DNA of 64,000 bases, taken from Eledone cirrhosa (Eukaryota). Positions 1 to 12,505 of the stretch are shown here, in pieces. Each line of letters starts with the position of its first letter. Positions within the stretch are counted from its first letter, which is position 1. A program made the position numbers and the translations under genes. The stretch lies in assembly GCA_964016885.1 (NCBI GenBank), contig OZ024741.1, positions 140,492,001 to 140,556,000 on the forward strand. Reading direction: 5' to 3'. The notes beneath the pieces are model-generated. The model was not told where the DNA came from, did not search any database, and saw only the letters and a program-made list of their open reading frames with translations.

Positions 1-599
1 AATAGATATTGGTCCAGCTATGCCGATTTTAATTTTGTTTTATTCAGGTGATCTCTTAAAAAGTCAGATATATTAAAATGTCAGACAAACAGTGTCAAGT
101 TAGATTAACAATTTTGTTTAGATAGTATATTGCATAAAAGAGCACGTCAGTTGTTGACAGATAAATTAACTTGACTATTTATTCTCGATGTTTTAATAAC
201 TTATCTTCTAATGCTAATGTTTACTTTGATGTATGGATCTTTCTTGGTGGAAATATATTATATTCTTTCCTTCAAACAAGTAGCAAATATTTATCTAGTT
301 ATGAAAAGAATAATCTTCACGAAAGAATGAACATTTAGAACGTAACTTTCAAGGAAAGTTTACGAAACAACCGTGGGCAACATTAGAATATATATATATA
401 TATATATATGGGGGAGGGGTGTATGCATATGGATGTGTATGTGCGTGTGGATGTGGGTGTGTATATTTTACATGATTGAATGATATCCAATCCTTTACAA
501 ATTGTGTTATATATGAAAAATGATAAAATGTGAAAAAGGCAAGTAATGAATTTATAATTTATATACATGTCATGTGTATAGTACACAACGAAACAATGT

Positions 600-1783
600 T
601 CTATTTTTGCCTGGGCATTTACAGCATATTGCTGCATCAGCCGCCTGCTCTTCATGATAATGTTACAGTCACCTTACCTAACCTGAAACCTATAACAGTT
701 GAAATCAGTAGGTGTGAGTGTGTGGTTGTTGTCAATCCTTTTCAAACCAAACTGAAACCTATTATTGCCCCAAGGAAACAGGAGCACTTAATGCAGAGGA
801 ACATAAAAACGGTGCAACTGATGAATCCTCTGAAGACCACCATCTCTTTTATGAATGGTGATATCCAAGAGACCTAATGCTGTATCAGGTTGTATAACAG
901 CAATATCAGATGTCATGGGAAGATTATATGAGCGACAATGAAAATCAACATGTAGGAAATATTCACATTTTCAGAGACTGTCATTTCAATGACTGCCTTG
1001 AAGCTTCTTATATAGGTGTTGCAGTAGGTCAAGTCTTATTGCAGGTCCTGCAGGACGGCGCCATCTAAATTAGCATGATGCAAGCGATTCTGAAGCTCAT
1101 GGTCTGTATCATAGAAGTAAAGCTTCACAAACGTGGGCGAAGCATCACTTGGAAGTAGTGATCCAATAATATGAAAAATCCTACCCTGGATCTTAAATGT
1201 GGGACTAAATCCTGGTACTTTAATCTCTTCGCTACCAATTGAAGCTAAGGCAAGCAATTGTTATATGGACGTACTTATGGAGAAAAGAATTTCCTGCTTG
1301 AATGATATGGAAATATTTCAGTATATTTGATGGAGGAGAAGAAGGTTGAAGGAGTTTAGCTTTTCCCTGAAAGCAGCACAGAGATTTGGGTACATTTGGG
1401 TACGATAAACATTGCAGTGCCGACAAACAGTGGCAAATAGACACCCTGAATTATGTTGTAGCATTATGGAAAGAACAGTTTGCTCTTGGAAAGGTTCATC
1501 TGACGGATTTTGGCGAGACCTTCAATTGGCCTGTTCCCTACTCTCTAAAAGATTGGTGTATTTGTTGCAAGTTGTTATTGGTGTGTTAACTGAATTACAT
1601 TTGTAGAAATATGTTGGGATGATGTAGAGCGATTATTGTTTGATTGATTTGCCCTCGTCTCTCTTTGTCGTTGTGCGTCTGCTACCATGCGTTGGGATTT
1701 AGATGAGAAATGTTTTCTGCGTCCTATGTTCCTTTTCTGTCATTAATGTATAAGTATATGGTATCTCTGCGTTGAAATCTTAG

Positions 1784-1787
<4 letters not shown>
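600..1787 (-). mobile_element. Helitron 5' fragment (N-terminal Rep/Hel region, frameshifted)
   Basis: Minus ORF 1036-1257 LASIG..PGFSPTFKIQGRIFHIIGSLLP...P.FVKLYFYDTDHELQNR matches the Helitron N-terminal F-x-I-Q-G-x-x-x-H-x-I-G-S-L-L-P / F-x-Q-L-Y-x-Y-D block. A Cys-rich segment precedes it (ORF 1232-1444). Confidence 0.8.
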
Positions 1788-1840
<53 letters not shown>

Positions 1841-2072
1841 GCTGATACGGAGAAAAAAAATCTTTGAAACAAATGTATGTTTGAAATAAATGAGAAACGG
1901 AATATTATAAACGTTATGAAAGTACGATATATATGAACGTTTTTATAGTATTTGTGTGATTATACTTATACATAGAGCGTCTGATATTTCTTACATCAGG
2001 CATAGAGATAGCAGTATGAGGTAGCCATAACGACAGTGGTAGAACAAAGCACGTATGAAAAAAAAGTTCCAC

Positions 2073-2114
<42 letters not shown>

Positions 2115-2140
2115 CATATGTATATATACATGTGTATACA

Positions 2141-3063
2141 TATACTATATATAGAGTTATACACTCAAACAGTATTTTACAATTAAATACCTCAAAGAAA
2201 GAGGTATTTCTGAGCCGTGAAATACAAATTAATATCAATGAATATATGATAAACACTAATACAATTATATAAGTGCTTGTATTGTAAACGACCAAGTTAT
2301 CTAGATTGAAAAATACTAATTAAATTAATACAGTTTGCCTGTCTCGATTTAAAATAATAAATCAATAAAAACAAACCCATATTGGCAATAGCCGTGATAC
2401 CTGGACAAATTTAAATTTCAAAACCCAAACCTGTTCCGCAGACAAATTTAAATTTCAAAACCCAAATAATTTTCGCAACGATAAGTGAAAAAGTGAAAAA
2501 TTCAATTGCTGTGCTCTTCGGCCGCTATCCAGAAAAATTGGTATGTTTCACCTAAAAATACTTAGGAGGACTGATAAGCAAGTGTTAACGCACATGGTTT
2601 TTCAGCGCCTAACCAGTCCTATACTCGTGCTGCTAGAAATAACAGCCGTTTTTATGGGACTAAAAATTTAGTTCAACAAAAGGAGCCGTTAATACTATAT
2701 ATAGAGTTATACACTCAAACAGTCTTTTACAAATAAATAGCTCAAAGAAAGAGGTATTTCTGAGCCGTGAAATACAAATTAATATAAATTAATATTAAAC
2801 ACTAATACAATTATATAAGTGTTTGTATTGCAAATGACCAAGTTAGCTAGATTGAAAAATACTAATTAAATTAATACAGTTTGCCTGTCTCGATTTAAAA
2901 TAATAAATCAATAAAAACAAACCCATATTGGCAATAGCCGTGACACCTGGACAAATTTAAATTTCAAAACCCAAACCTGTTCCGCAGACAAATTTAAATT
3001 TCAAAACCCAAATAAGTTTCGCAACGATAAGTGAAAAAGTGAAAAATTCAATTTCTGTGCTCT
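2141..3063. repeat. Direct repeat pair (~375 bp; 2141-2520 and 2692-3063) with ~170 bp spacer
   Basis: atactatatatagagttatacactcaaacag...aattcaatt(g/t)ctgtgctctt occurs twice with period ~551 bp. It is flanked by TA microsatellite. Confidence 0.9.
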
Positions 3064-3395
3064 TTATATTAATTTGTATTGTGTATACATATATATATAA
3101 ATATATATGCGTGTGTATGCTGTTGTTCTTTGATTTTATAAAATTGCTAGAGCTAGTAAGAGAGAGAGTGAGAGATTGTGTGTGTGAGTATATGAAGAGA
3201 GAGGTACAGATTGAGAGACAGTGAGAAATACACACACGCACACACATACACACACACACACACATACACACACACACACATACACACACACACACACATA
3301 TACACAGGTGTTGGTACCATCTCATCAGATAATACAACTTTTGTATTTAATCTATAAAACAACAGGTCCATTTATTAATATTATTAATAAAGATA

Positions 3396-3780
3396 TAAAA
3401 AAGAAAATTTAACTCTACATGGCTGAATACAATATATTTAATCTGAGTTTTTCGAATATTAATAATAACATTCGATCCGTTTGCAATTTTGCAAACAAGC
3501 CTCAATTTTATAGCCATGTCAGGAGAATGAACCCTTCATTCTTGCTCTTATGTTGGCATGCGAACAGAACTGCAGACACTAATGTTCCTGGGTATCACCC
3601 TTCATCAGTACAGCTCTGACAGTTTGGCAGGTGAACAGTGAGCTGTACTGATGAAAGGTGATACCCAGAAACATTAGTGTCTGCAGTTCACTTCGCATGA
3701 CAGCATAAGAGCAAGAATGAAGTGTTCATTCTCCTGACATTTATTGTATTCAGCCATGTAGAGCGAAATTTTATTTTTTT
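3396..3780. mobile_element. Fold-back copy of hammerhead-bearing non-coding element (family A)
   Basis: Minus arm 3396-3616 and plus arm 3616-3780 each contain the hammerhead motif. The block is the reverse complement of 4336-4670. Confidence 0.8.
3640..3689 (+). ncRNA. Type I hammerhead ribozyme motif (family A)
   Basis: gagctgta-CTGATGA-aaggtgataccca-GAAA-cattagt-GTC-tgcagttc: stem I, both cores and a GUC triplet are present. Confidence 0.75.
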
Positions 3781-3789
3781 TATCTATAT

Positions 3790-4012
3790 ATCAATAATAT
3801 TAATAAATGGAAACTATCTTTATAAAACCATATTTATTTTATTATATATATTTCAAGTGTACCAACATTTTTGGTACACTCTCATCAGATAAAATACAAA
3901 GTTTGTTTTATTTGATGAGATGGTACCAAAACGTTTGGTACCCTTGAAATATATATCATAAAATAAATATGGCTTCATAAAGATAGTTTCCATTTATTAA
4001 TACTATTGATAT
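3790..4012. repeat. ~110 bp-arm palindrome made of two opposed PLE pseudo-LTR ends, each with a minimal hammerhead (family B)
   Basis: Minus 3837-3894 reads ttttat-CTGATGA-gagtgtaccaa..ttggtacactt-GAAA-tatatata-ataaaa. Plus 3906-3963 is the same motif with TTGATGA. Homologous to 54235-54345, 56225-56344 and 16587-16695. Confidence 0.8.
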
Positions 4013-4095
4013 TATACGCCAGAAGAACTGTAGAGTGCTTCGAATCTGTTATAAATAAATTTAAATTATATATATATATGTTTTAACATATATTG

Positions 4096-4331
4096 ATTTC
4101 TAAGATTTCAACGCAGAGATTACATATACTTATACATACATGATAGAAAGTGAACATGGGGCGCAGAAAACTTTCTCATCTAAATCCCAACGCATGGCAG
4201 CAGAGGCACAACGACAAAGAGAGACGAGGGCAAATCAATTAAACAAAAATCGCTCTACAACATCCCAACAAATTTCTACAAATATAATTCAGTTAACACA
4301 CCAATAAAAACTTGCAACAAATACACCAATC
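4096..4331 (+). repeat. Inverted duplicate of the Helitron 5' segment 1551-1787
   Basis: atttctaagatttcaacgcagaga...aaatacaccaatc is the diverged reverse complement of 1551-1787. Confidence 0.85.
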
Positions 4332-4375
4332 GTGAATGAACACTTCATTCTTCCTCTTATGTTGGCATGCGAACA

Positions 4376-4425
4376 GAACTGCAGACACTAATGTTTCTGG
4401 GTGTCACCCTTCATCAGTACAGCTC
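4376..4425 (-). ncRNA. Type I hammerhead ribozyme motif (family A)
   Basis: Reverse complement reads gagctgta-CTGATGA-agggtgacaccca-GAAA-cattagt-GTC-tgcagttc. Confidence 0.78.
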
Positions 4426-4732
4426 ACTGTTCACCTGCCAAACTGTCAGAGCTCTGACTGATGAAGGGTGATACCCAGGAACATTAGTGTCTGCAGTTCT
4501 ATTCGAATGCCAACATAAAAGCAAGAATGAAGTGTTCATTCTACTGACATGGCTATAAAATTGAGACTTGTTTCGAAAATTGCAAATGAATCGAATGTTA
4601 TTATTAATATTCGAAAATCTCAGATTACATTTATTGTATTCAGCCATGTAGAGTTAAATTTTCTTTTTTATTTGAATTTGGCAAAGCCGGCCATTCATCG
4701 TTCGTATACAGGAAGCTGAATGGCCAGTCTGC

Positions 4733-4812
4733 TAATATGCAAATTTGGCTGATCATGGATCTACTAATATGCAGATCTCACTGATCAGCCAGTCTGCTAA
4801 TATGCAGATCAG
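4733..4812 (+). promoter_or_regulatory. Three tandem octamer/octamer-like boxes (ATGCAAAT, ATGCAGAT x2) upstream of a hammerhead
   Basis: ctaatATGCAAATttggctg (4737), ctaatATGCAGATctcactg (4769) and ctaatATGCAGATcaggccg (4802), spaced ~32 bp. Function is inferred only. Confidence 0.45.
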
Positions 4813-4886
4813 GCCGATCAGTCACTGTGTATTTTTGAAAATATCATATATTTTCACAAGCCCTGACAGTTTGGCAGGTGAACAGT

Positions 4887-4936
4887 GAACTGTACTGATG
4901 AAGGGTGTTACCCAGAAACATTAGTGTCTGCAGTTC
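4887..4936 (+). ncRNA. Type I hammerhead ribozyme motif, best family A copy
   Basis: Stem I gaactgta/tgcagttc (8 bp with one GU), CTGATGA 4895-4901, stem II gggt-gtt-accc, GAAA 4915-4918, stem III acat/gtgt, GTC 4926-4928. Confidence 0.85.
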
Positions 4937-5065
4937 TGTTCGCATGCCAAGATAAGAGAAAGGATGAAGTGTTTATTCTCGTGACATGGCTATAAAATTG
5001 ATACTTGTTTGCAAAATTGCAAACGAATCGAATGTTATTATTAATATTCGAAAACCTCAGGTTAC

Positions 5066-5116
<51 letters not shown>

Positions 5117-5294
5117 GGGGGGGGGTATGCGTGTGTGTGTGTGTATATATTGCATAGATATACCGGAAGTATTGAAATTTGAATCTTTTAAAAGAAGTGA
5201 ATCTTGAAATGTGCAATAAAATTATTAATGCTTAATCATACGTTACGAAATTTAGTACATAAATTATGTAATATTCATTCATTATTTATTCTCA

Positions 5295-5485
5295 GGGCGG
5301 TGGATTGGCAGTATCGGTAGAGGGTCGGGCGCCATGCTTTCCAACATAGTTACGTCCCTTTACGATCTGAGTTCAAATCCCGCCGAAGTTGACTTTGCCT
5401 TTCATCCTTACGGGGTCGATAAAATAAAGTACCAGCAATGCACTGGGTAATTGCTGGCCTTGTGCCTAACGTAGAAACAATTATT
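5295..5485 (+). mobile_element. tRNA-derived SINE (main family)
   Basis: Head ggcggtggattggcagtatcggtaga (A-box-like), B-box gagttcaaatccc, and conserved core ctttgcctttcatccttacggggtcgataaaataaagtaccag. More than 10 copies occur in the window. Confidence 0.85.
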
Positions 5486-6409
5486 TATTCTAATTAATCC
5501 AACTTATTTTACTAACGGGATTAACATATATTTTCAGTCCCGTTCTGCTCTCTTTATTATAGTTAAGATCGTTTTTGAATTTTTGTACTTGCTTAATACA
5601 GCTTTTCAATTTTACATATTTAATTTACTATTTGTAATGCTTGTCTTTTTGTTAAAACTAGGCACGTAACTGGTTATAACTTTGCTCCGTATGTCGAGGA
5701 AAATTAAGTTTTGACAAGAGGCCTAAATCTGGTCTGAGTAGGTATAACAGTTTATGTATGCAAAGAATTTAGCTTTATCCTAAATGTTTCTATAAAAATG
5801 GCAAACAAAAGAAGCTATCCTTTGAACATGGATATCATGTCCAAAATATAAAGGACTATAAGACACTTCCTATATATGATTCCGATTCAGCGTTTTCTTT
5901 CATGCTGTTTATTTCTCTTCTATCTCTTTCCCCTTCCGTATCTAGTGGTACTTTTTTCCATGAATATCTATTTAAAATATACCGGCTTTCTCTCGCCAAC
6001 TATTTTTTCATACTCAACAGTACTTCTTGTAAACTACAATATTCCAATGTGATATTATTTGTTAAGACAATTTCGAAAGAAAAACCACTTGTAATTAATA
6101 TTGAAAGCAAATAAGAAATTAGAAAGAAAAAATTCATTTAGCAGCAGAATTATTCACATAAAATTCTGTGTTGCTATTAACAGAACATTTAGTCTTTAAC
6201 GATGCTATAATTGTTATTATAGTCTCCAGTATCAGGTGCTGGGTTACAGGTAATGTTTTAATCTAAACAAAAGCGCTGAACTTCATATATAGTCAAACGT
6301 TTTACATTCATAATTTAAAACAATAACAAGGTATCATTAAGATGCGAGCAAATGACAATATAACGCATTAATTAATTTTTATTTTTATTATTTCGTTAGT
6401 AGAAGATGC

Positions 6410-9400
6410 AATGTCTTACATCTTTCGGTGTTAATATGGTCTCAATAGCACATCAAATATTGCCATAGACAAGCACCGCATTAACACCCAAATCAACAAT
6501 GAACATTCTTTATTTTACAAATAGACCTATTTATAGATTAAATTATTCAGAGAGGTTCTGTTGAGAATTTGGTATCATATATGGATAGTGTGTGTGTGAA
6601 AGCCTGATTGCATGGTGAGTGTGTGTCTGCGTGTCATGTTTTCCATTCACACACTACAGGTGACCGTCTTCTGGCAATAATATCCACTAGCGATGTATAC
6701 TTTCAATACAGGGTAGACAATTTCATACATATATTTCCATTTGTTTATTTCCAATAAGTGATGTTTTCATTCAATTCAAGTTATACATAATTCCGAATTC
6801 TGCCGACATTCTGACTACTGGAACAACTACATGTGAAACACAAAGAGAAGATAAAAACAAAACGAAACCTACCCATAAATTTAAAACTAGTTTCTTTATA
6901 TTTCATTACAATAGCAAATACATTTATTTTTATGTTTGCTTCATATTCACTGAATTCAGTTATAACATTGGTGTTTTGCTATTTCACATTCTCTAAATAT
7001 GTCGACAGGAGCTATTTCAGTTGCTAGAGACAATACATATTACAAAGTAGCAGTGAAGAAACATAATACTCTCCTACATATTGAAACGTGACGTCGTATA
7101 ATTTAAAAGCGATAGATTCAATGCAGTTCACAAACTCCGGGGGAAAGATTAATGGGATAAGATCATGACAGGCCAAAGCAAGTGTCCTTGAAATTACATA
7201 TAATGCAAATGTCAATGAAAGTATCAATGTTGCAGCACAGGGCAATACGTTAACTTTCGATAATGGAGAGTACATGCAAAGACAGAGCTGCAATTATACA
7301 GGACGGGTCTGTGCTAGCTTTATTTAGAGCGTAAGATATTTGCTGTTTTACCAAAGGCTGATGCACAGATTATTTCAGACAGACGGATGCGAAATGCTTT
7401 AAATGTGATGCAAAATTGTGAACTGAAGGAACCTTTGAATTTTAGCATAAGAAAAGGACCGGAAACTGAAAACAAATATCATGGCGTTCAATTCGAAGTT
7501 AGGGTTCGCCTTATGAAGAAAAATAATCACTGAATTCACTGCCTAAATCTAGACAGAACGGCGCCGGGCATTCCAACTATTAAATTCAGTTTAACATATG
7601 AGGTTGCAGAGTATGAATTACAGAAACGGATTGCTACACACCTTAACACACGGTATTGAAAACCAATGTTATTGAAATCCAATTATCAATTAGATTCTGA
7701 CGACTGCTACCTATGGAGATTAGAATATAACGTCAGCAATTGAAATCCCAATATAAATCTTTTTTTTTTTTAACAATATGACGATGGGTGTATTGGTCTT
7801 TAATTTCCATAAGACTACCACATACGTATTTGTTTAATCTGAACACACTAAACCAGAAATATGTTCACTATTCTTTCAAGATGTTACACAAAATATGCCA
7901 CATAACCCATGGTGGAAAACTAATCCAAATGTGTCAAACATGGTTTCCTGAGAAATGTTTTTAAAAACCTCCATAAAATGTATAGAAACCTATATTCACT
8001 CTATTTTACACACGTGATATTAACTCTATTTTCATCAAAGTTAGTGTGTCAAACGTATTATCAGTAATATTAGTTGTTCGAAATATCCCGCATTTATTAA
8101 CTAACTCTATGTGTAACCATATGATAATGGAATAGATCTGTTATTTTTCTTTTGAAACTCATATGACCCTGTGCAGCCACAGGATAATATGAACCATTTA
8201 GAAGATGAACAATACCTTTACTTCAATAATATTAATGAGAAAATTGAAGAGATTATAATTAAAAAAATCATAAGTCAAATTCAGCTAACTTGACATCACA
8301 TTCATCATCTAAACTTAAGCTTTCTTCAAACGGAATGTCACAGAAAATTATACGTTTGATGAAAGCAAGAAAATATGGAATGAGAGAGAAATATTAGCCA
8401 CTATATTGGATGTATATAATCGGTTTCGCTGCAAGATCAGTGTTGGTTTTATCTCTATGCTATTTGTATTTGTTTTGAGAACGACCTCAGTTAAAGTGAG
8501 TTTAAGAATTGCTAATATCATAGTTTCTTATTCAAAAGATGACGCCGCCGACAAATTAGGTTGATCATATGTTAATATTTATCATTCTGAAACTTTAGAT
8601 GTTTCACAATTGCCTGCCACACGATATCAATACGAAGACATTTTTGTTAGCTCGTTTTTTACTCTCTTTCCTGCAAATGGTCAATCCGACAAACTATGTT
8701 CAAAATATATTTGACATCAACGTTCAGAAAATGAAAATAATATGTTTGATGTAACTGAAATGCCTGAGTGAATACGATAGCATACTTGACAGAAAATGAA
8801 ACTTATTTTACGAGACAATTACCCACCTATGATAACATATATCCCGTATAATATAAATATCCGCACAGAAATTCAGCATTAGTTGAAGAATTTCAATTAA
8901 CTGTGTGACATAATTTCTGGATAAACAGTGAGAAAGCAGTTTGAACCATTCAAGCGAATGTCATTATTTATGATATGTTATCCATGACGCAGTGTTTCCT
9001 TTCATAAGCTTTGGGTGGAACATTAAGAGACTTCATAAAAAACTCTTGATCCAAGACTTGAACACATAACATTCTGATAAAACGTTGAATTTCCTCGGTG
9101 TAATAAGAAATCTAATTAAACATGGAAACAGAGCAATAACTGTCAACGTTAGTTTCAATTATTATTCATTATGGAAACCTATAAAAATGCTTCCATTAAG
9201 AGAAAACATGCAAGTCAGATCATATGGAATTTGGTGGAGCAAGATAAACAAATATAATTTAGCAAATTTATAATGCGTGTAGGAAACAGCAGTGATCCTG
9301 AAGACACTAACGGAAAATCTAATAATTCCGAAGAATTTAACCGCATTCATGCTTTAGCTGAGATGCGGTTTATAGTTTTTAAAGCAAATGATAGAGAGGA

Positions 9401-9950
9401 CATGCACATAATCACCATTGTGTTTATCACAATACAGTTGGGTCTGAAATACCAAAAGTCAATATTACATCATTTTACAATAGCAGATCTGTAAGAAAAA
9501 TAATGACTGCCTAGCACGAAATCAGCATATATCCATATGGCACAAGGGATGGCATATCAACACTAACACATCAAGCAAACAAGTAGAAAATACATTTTAA
9601 AAAACGATTAAAAACTAGGAAGGATTGCAAAAATCTTAACTAATCACAATAAGTACAATCCATTTTTCAGAGAACACAAATCCATTTCCAGGGGGCATAA
9701 TATAAGCCAAATTGCAAATAGACTATTTATTCTTGGGTAAATACTGTGGTATACACATGAAGATGGAATAATTATTTAAAGAAACATGAAATAAAATGAA
9801 AATAATATTCAGCGATACAACTCCTCTGACAGAGGATATACTCCAAGAAAAATTATAAACAAATTGCATGTTGATGATATAAATACAAAAATAATACACA
9901 CGAAAAACCAATACTATACACAAATATGACAAACCATGCAATGACTACAT
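6410..9950 (+). pseudogene. Possible heavily decayed single-pass receptor protein-kinase-like relic
   Basis: A 3.5 kb microsatellite-free block. TM-like LYWMYIIGFAARSVLVLSLCYLYLF at 8401-8475 is followed, in kinase order, by AVILKTL (~9290), TCT*SPLCL (~9400), IHMAQGMAYQH (9531-9563), GRIAKI (~9620) and IYS..ILWY (~9725-9752), with many stops and frameshifts. Confidence 0.3.
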
Positions 9951-10371
9951 TATCATTTCCATTGTATCCAGTGACAAGAGGGAGAGTAATTCAGGACAAA
10001 TTCTAAAATGACAAATATTCTTAATCTGGTTTTCCTCAGTTAATACTTTTATATTTTAGCTCAATTCATAATTTTTTAAACACTCGCATACGCAAATTCT
10101 CTTTTATATATTTTTCACTAGCATATAACTATAAAACGACATTAGAACAATTCATAAAGGATATGGCAGTAGTTGAATTAGCCGATCTATTTGAATTGAG
10201 AATCGATTTTGATCATTCATTCTGGCTCGTTTACCTCTATATTCAACTTCCTCCATGGACAATTTTGAATTTTATATATCGAGGTCCATAAATAATGTAC
10301 CGGCCCTTCTTTAGGATATATTTTCCTGTATATCTATTTCAGGTTTTTTACTCTCTCTCTCTCTCTCACTC

Positions 10372-10488
<117 letters not shown>

Positions 10489-10664
10489 AAAACAACGGCT
10501 TTGTTCTGACGGGCTACACAAATTTGTCGTACACAAGACACTCTATATCAGAATGGCACCACCAAGATCTTATGATAGGTTAAGGACCGATACATTCCAT
10601 GCAAATTTTGTGAATTAAGCAAAATAAAAAACATGATCAAATAATGATTGCTGATTCAGAAAGA

Positions 10665-10990
10665 AGGCCACCAATTTGAGGGGCCGGGTTAGTCGATTAA
10701 ATCGACTTCAGTATGTTACTGGTGCTTTGCTTATCGGCCCAGTAAGGATGAATGGCAAAGCTCACCTCGGTGGGATTTGAACTCAGAACGTAAAGGTCCA
10801 TAACTCTATGTCACGAAGCATGTTGTCGAACACTGTACCGATTCTGCCAATCCTTTCATCCTTATCAACCTCGTAAGGATGAAAGGTAAAGTTAACCTCG
10901 GCGGGATTTGAACTGGGACCATAAAGGGGCGTAACTCTGTGCTGCAAAGCATGGCGGCCGACCCTTTACCGATACTGCCAATTCACCGCA
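10665..10990 (-). mobile_element. Two adjacent SINE copies (main family)
   Basis: aggatgaa(t/a)gg(c/t)aaag..acctcgg(t/c)gggatttgaact occurs at ~10745 and ~10876. The second copy ends in ctgccaattcaccgc. Confidence 0.85.
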
Positions 10991-12329
10991 TTTACTGCCA
11001 AATAATGAATATGGGTAAGCACAACCAAATACACACCCGCAATGAAATGAATTGACAAAGATTCCCCAACCGGGAAAACCTCAAAACAAATTCTTCCTTT
11101 CCTTCTTGTCGTAAACATATTTTAACACGTAATTTCACTATCAATTTAATAGACATCAATCTATAAACAACATTATATACAACACAGGATTAAATCATAA
11201 TTTAATCAAAAGTGCCATAACTACAAAATAACAACGAAAACAACGTTTATTTCAATTACATGGATATAGTTTAAGGTAATTATTTATTGAAGTAAATATG
11301 CTTCTTTTTATTAATTGCATCATCATTTTCGTACTTCATTTCACTTTAGATAATTACATCATGCTTTCTTAATTAACGTTCGGCAACACTTAAATATGGT
11401 GAAAATAGTTTCCGTAATGATGACAAAGAAGATTTAGAAAGAATAATAAATAGGATCACAGAAAACCAAAACATAATAGTTGTAAACACATCAGCAAAAG
11501 CATACATGGACCAACGTTATTATCAAAATAATTTTACGCTGTTTATTGGCCCTGAACCATGGGGTGTTGTTATGATATGCAGCCCTTAAACTTAGCGGTG
11601 TTCTTCTTTCTTCAAATATGAGTTCACATGATTTCTTAACGAATGCATGAGTGAGAAGAAAAAATACAGGACGCTTCGTCTCTGTTACGGAACTAATGCT
11701 ACATAATTGGATCTCGATGCATAAAAGACAACGTGGATATTGTCTGGTTATACTCAGTTTGCAGAGAGGTGGAGGAAATAACACATATCATTTCATCCGA
11801 CGTCTTAATTTGCTGCCTAACACGTTTATTATAACCTTTCAAGAACAATGCACTGAATATAAAAAAATAACTAAGTCATTTGCTCCATTAAAGGAAATAT
11901 CAGTCGTGCATTTCTAATCCATTATGATTTTCACAATTCATTTATATTTGCAAAATGTAACTTTCAAATTCGGATATTTATTTTTACTATTATTAATTCT
12001 TTCTGAATTTCATATCAATAACAATGCATTGAACCACTCAGAGAATAAGTAGAAATGTAACAAATGTGAGATAAGATAAGAAAAACATGTATAAATAACT
12101 AACAGATTTCACAAGATAATTCTTGTTCAATGTTTATTTTTCGATCTATTAGCATATTTATATTTCATTTCATTTTCCCAAATTTGATTTTCACGTTACC
12201 ATTCCTTCTGAATGTTTACATATGGAAATAAATGTACCTCATCTATCATAAGGAACAAATAATACAAAATAATATCGATTATTACATGGAAATAATAATA
12301 CATTCATAGCAGAAAGACTGAAATGCACC

Positions 12330-12505
12330 TCGTCGGTCTTGAAGATGAAAATTCTAGTTATTAGCCGAATGGAACAGACTGTTCTGAAATTAACGTGTAA
12401 TTTCCTGAACATTCCAATGGCACGTGTACCCTTAGCGTAATTCTTTAAAAAATTAGGTGTGACGCATTGTATGATAAGACTGGCCGTTTGAATTACAGGT
12501 ACATA
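12330..12505 (+). mobile_element. Degenerate copy of a second SINE-like repeat family
   Basis: gaacag..gaaattaacgtg..cacgtgtacccttagcgtaattct..ctggccgtttgaattacagg. Related weaker copies lie at ~17610-17715 and ~41930-42060. Confidence 0.45.

Larger units (their letters stand above)
4332..5068 (+). mobile_element. Retrozyme-like non-coding element: inverted leader plus ~1.4 tandem ~437 bp units, each with a hammerhead (family A)
   Basis: CTGATGA at 4458 and 4895 (period 437) with homologous downstream sequence. An inverted copy lies at 4336-4450, octamer repeats at 4737/4769/4802, and the element ends in (TA)n. Confidence 0.7.

Noticed and set aside
5295-5390. tRNA gene
   Set aside because: A/B-box-like motifs are present, but there is no cloverleaf and it runs into the SINE core seen in many copies.
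11490-11920. Short ORFs on both strands as exons
   Set aside because: There is no recognisable domain or supportable splice structure.
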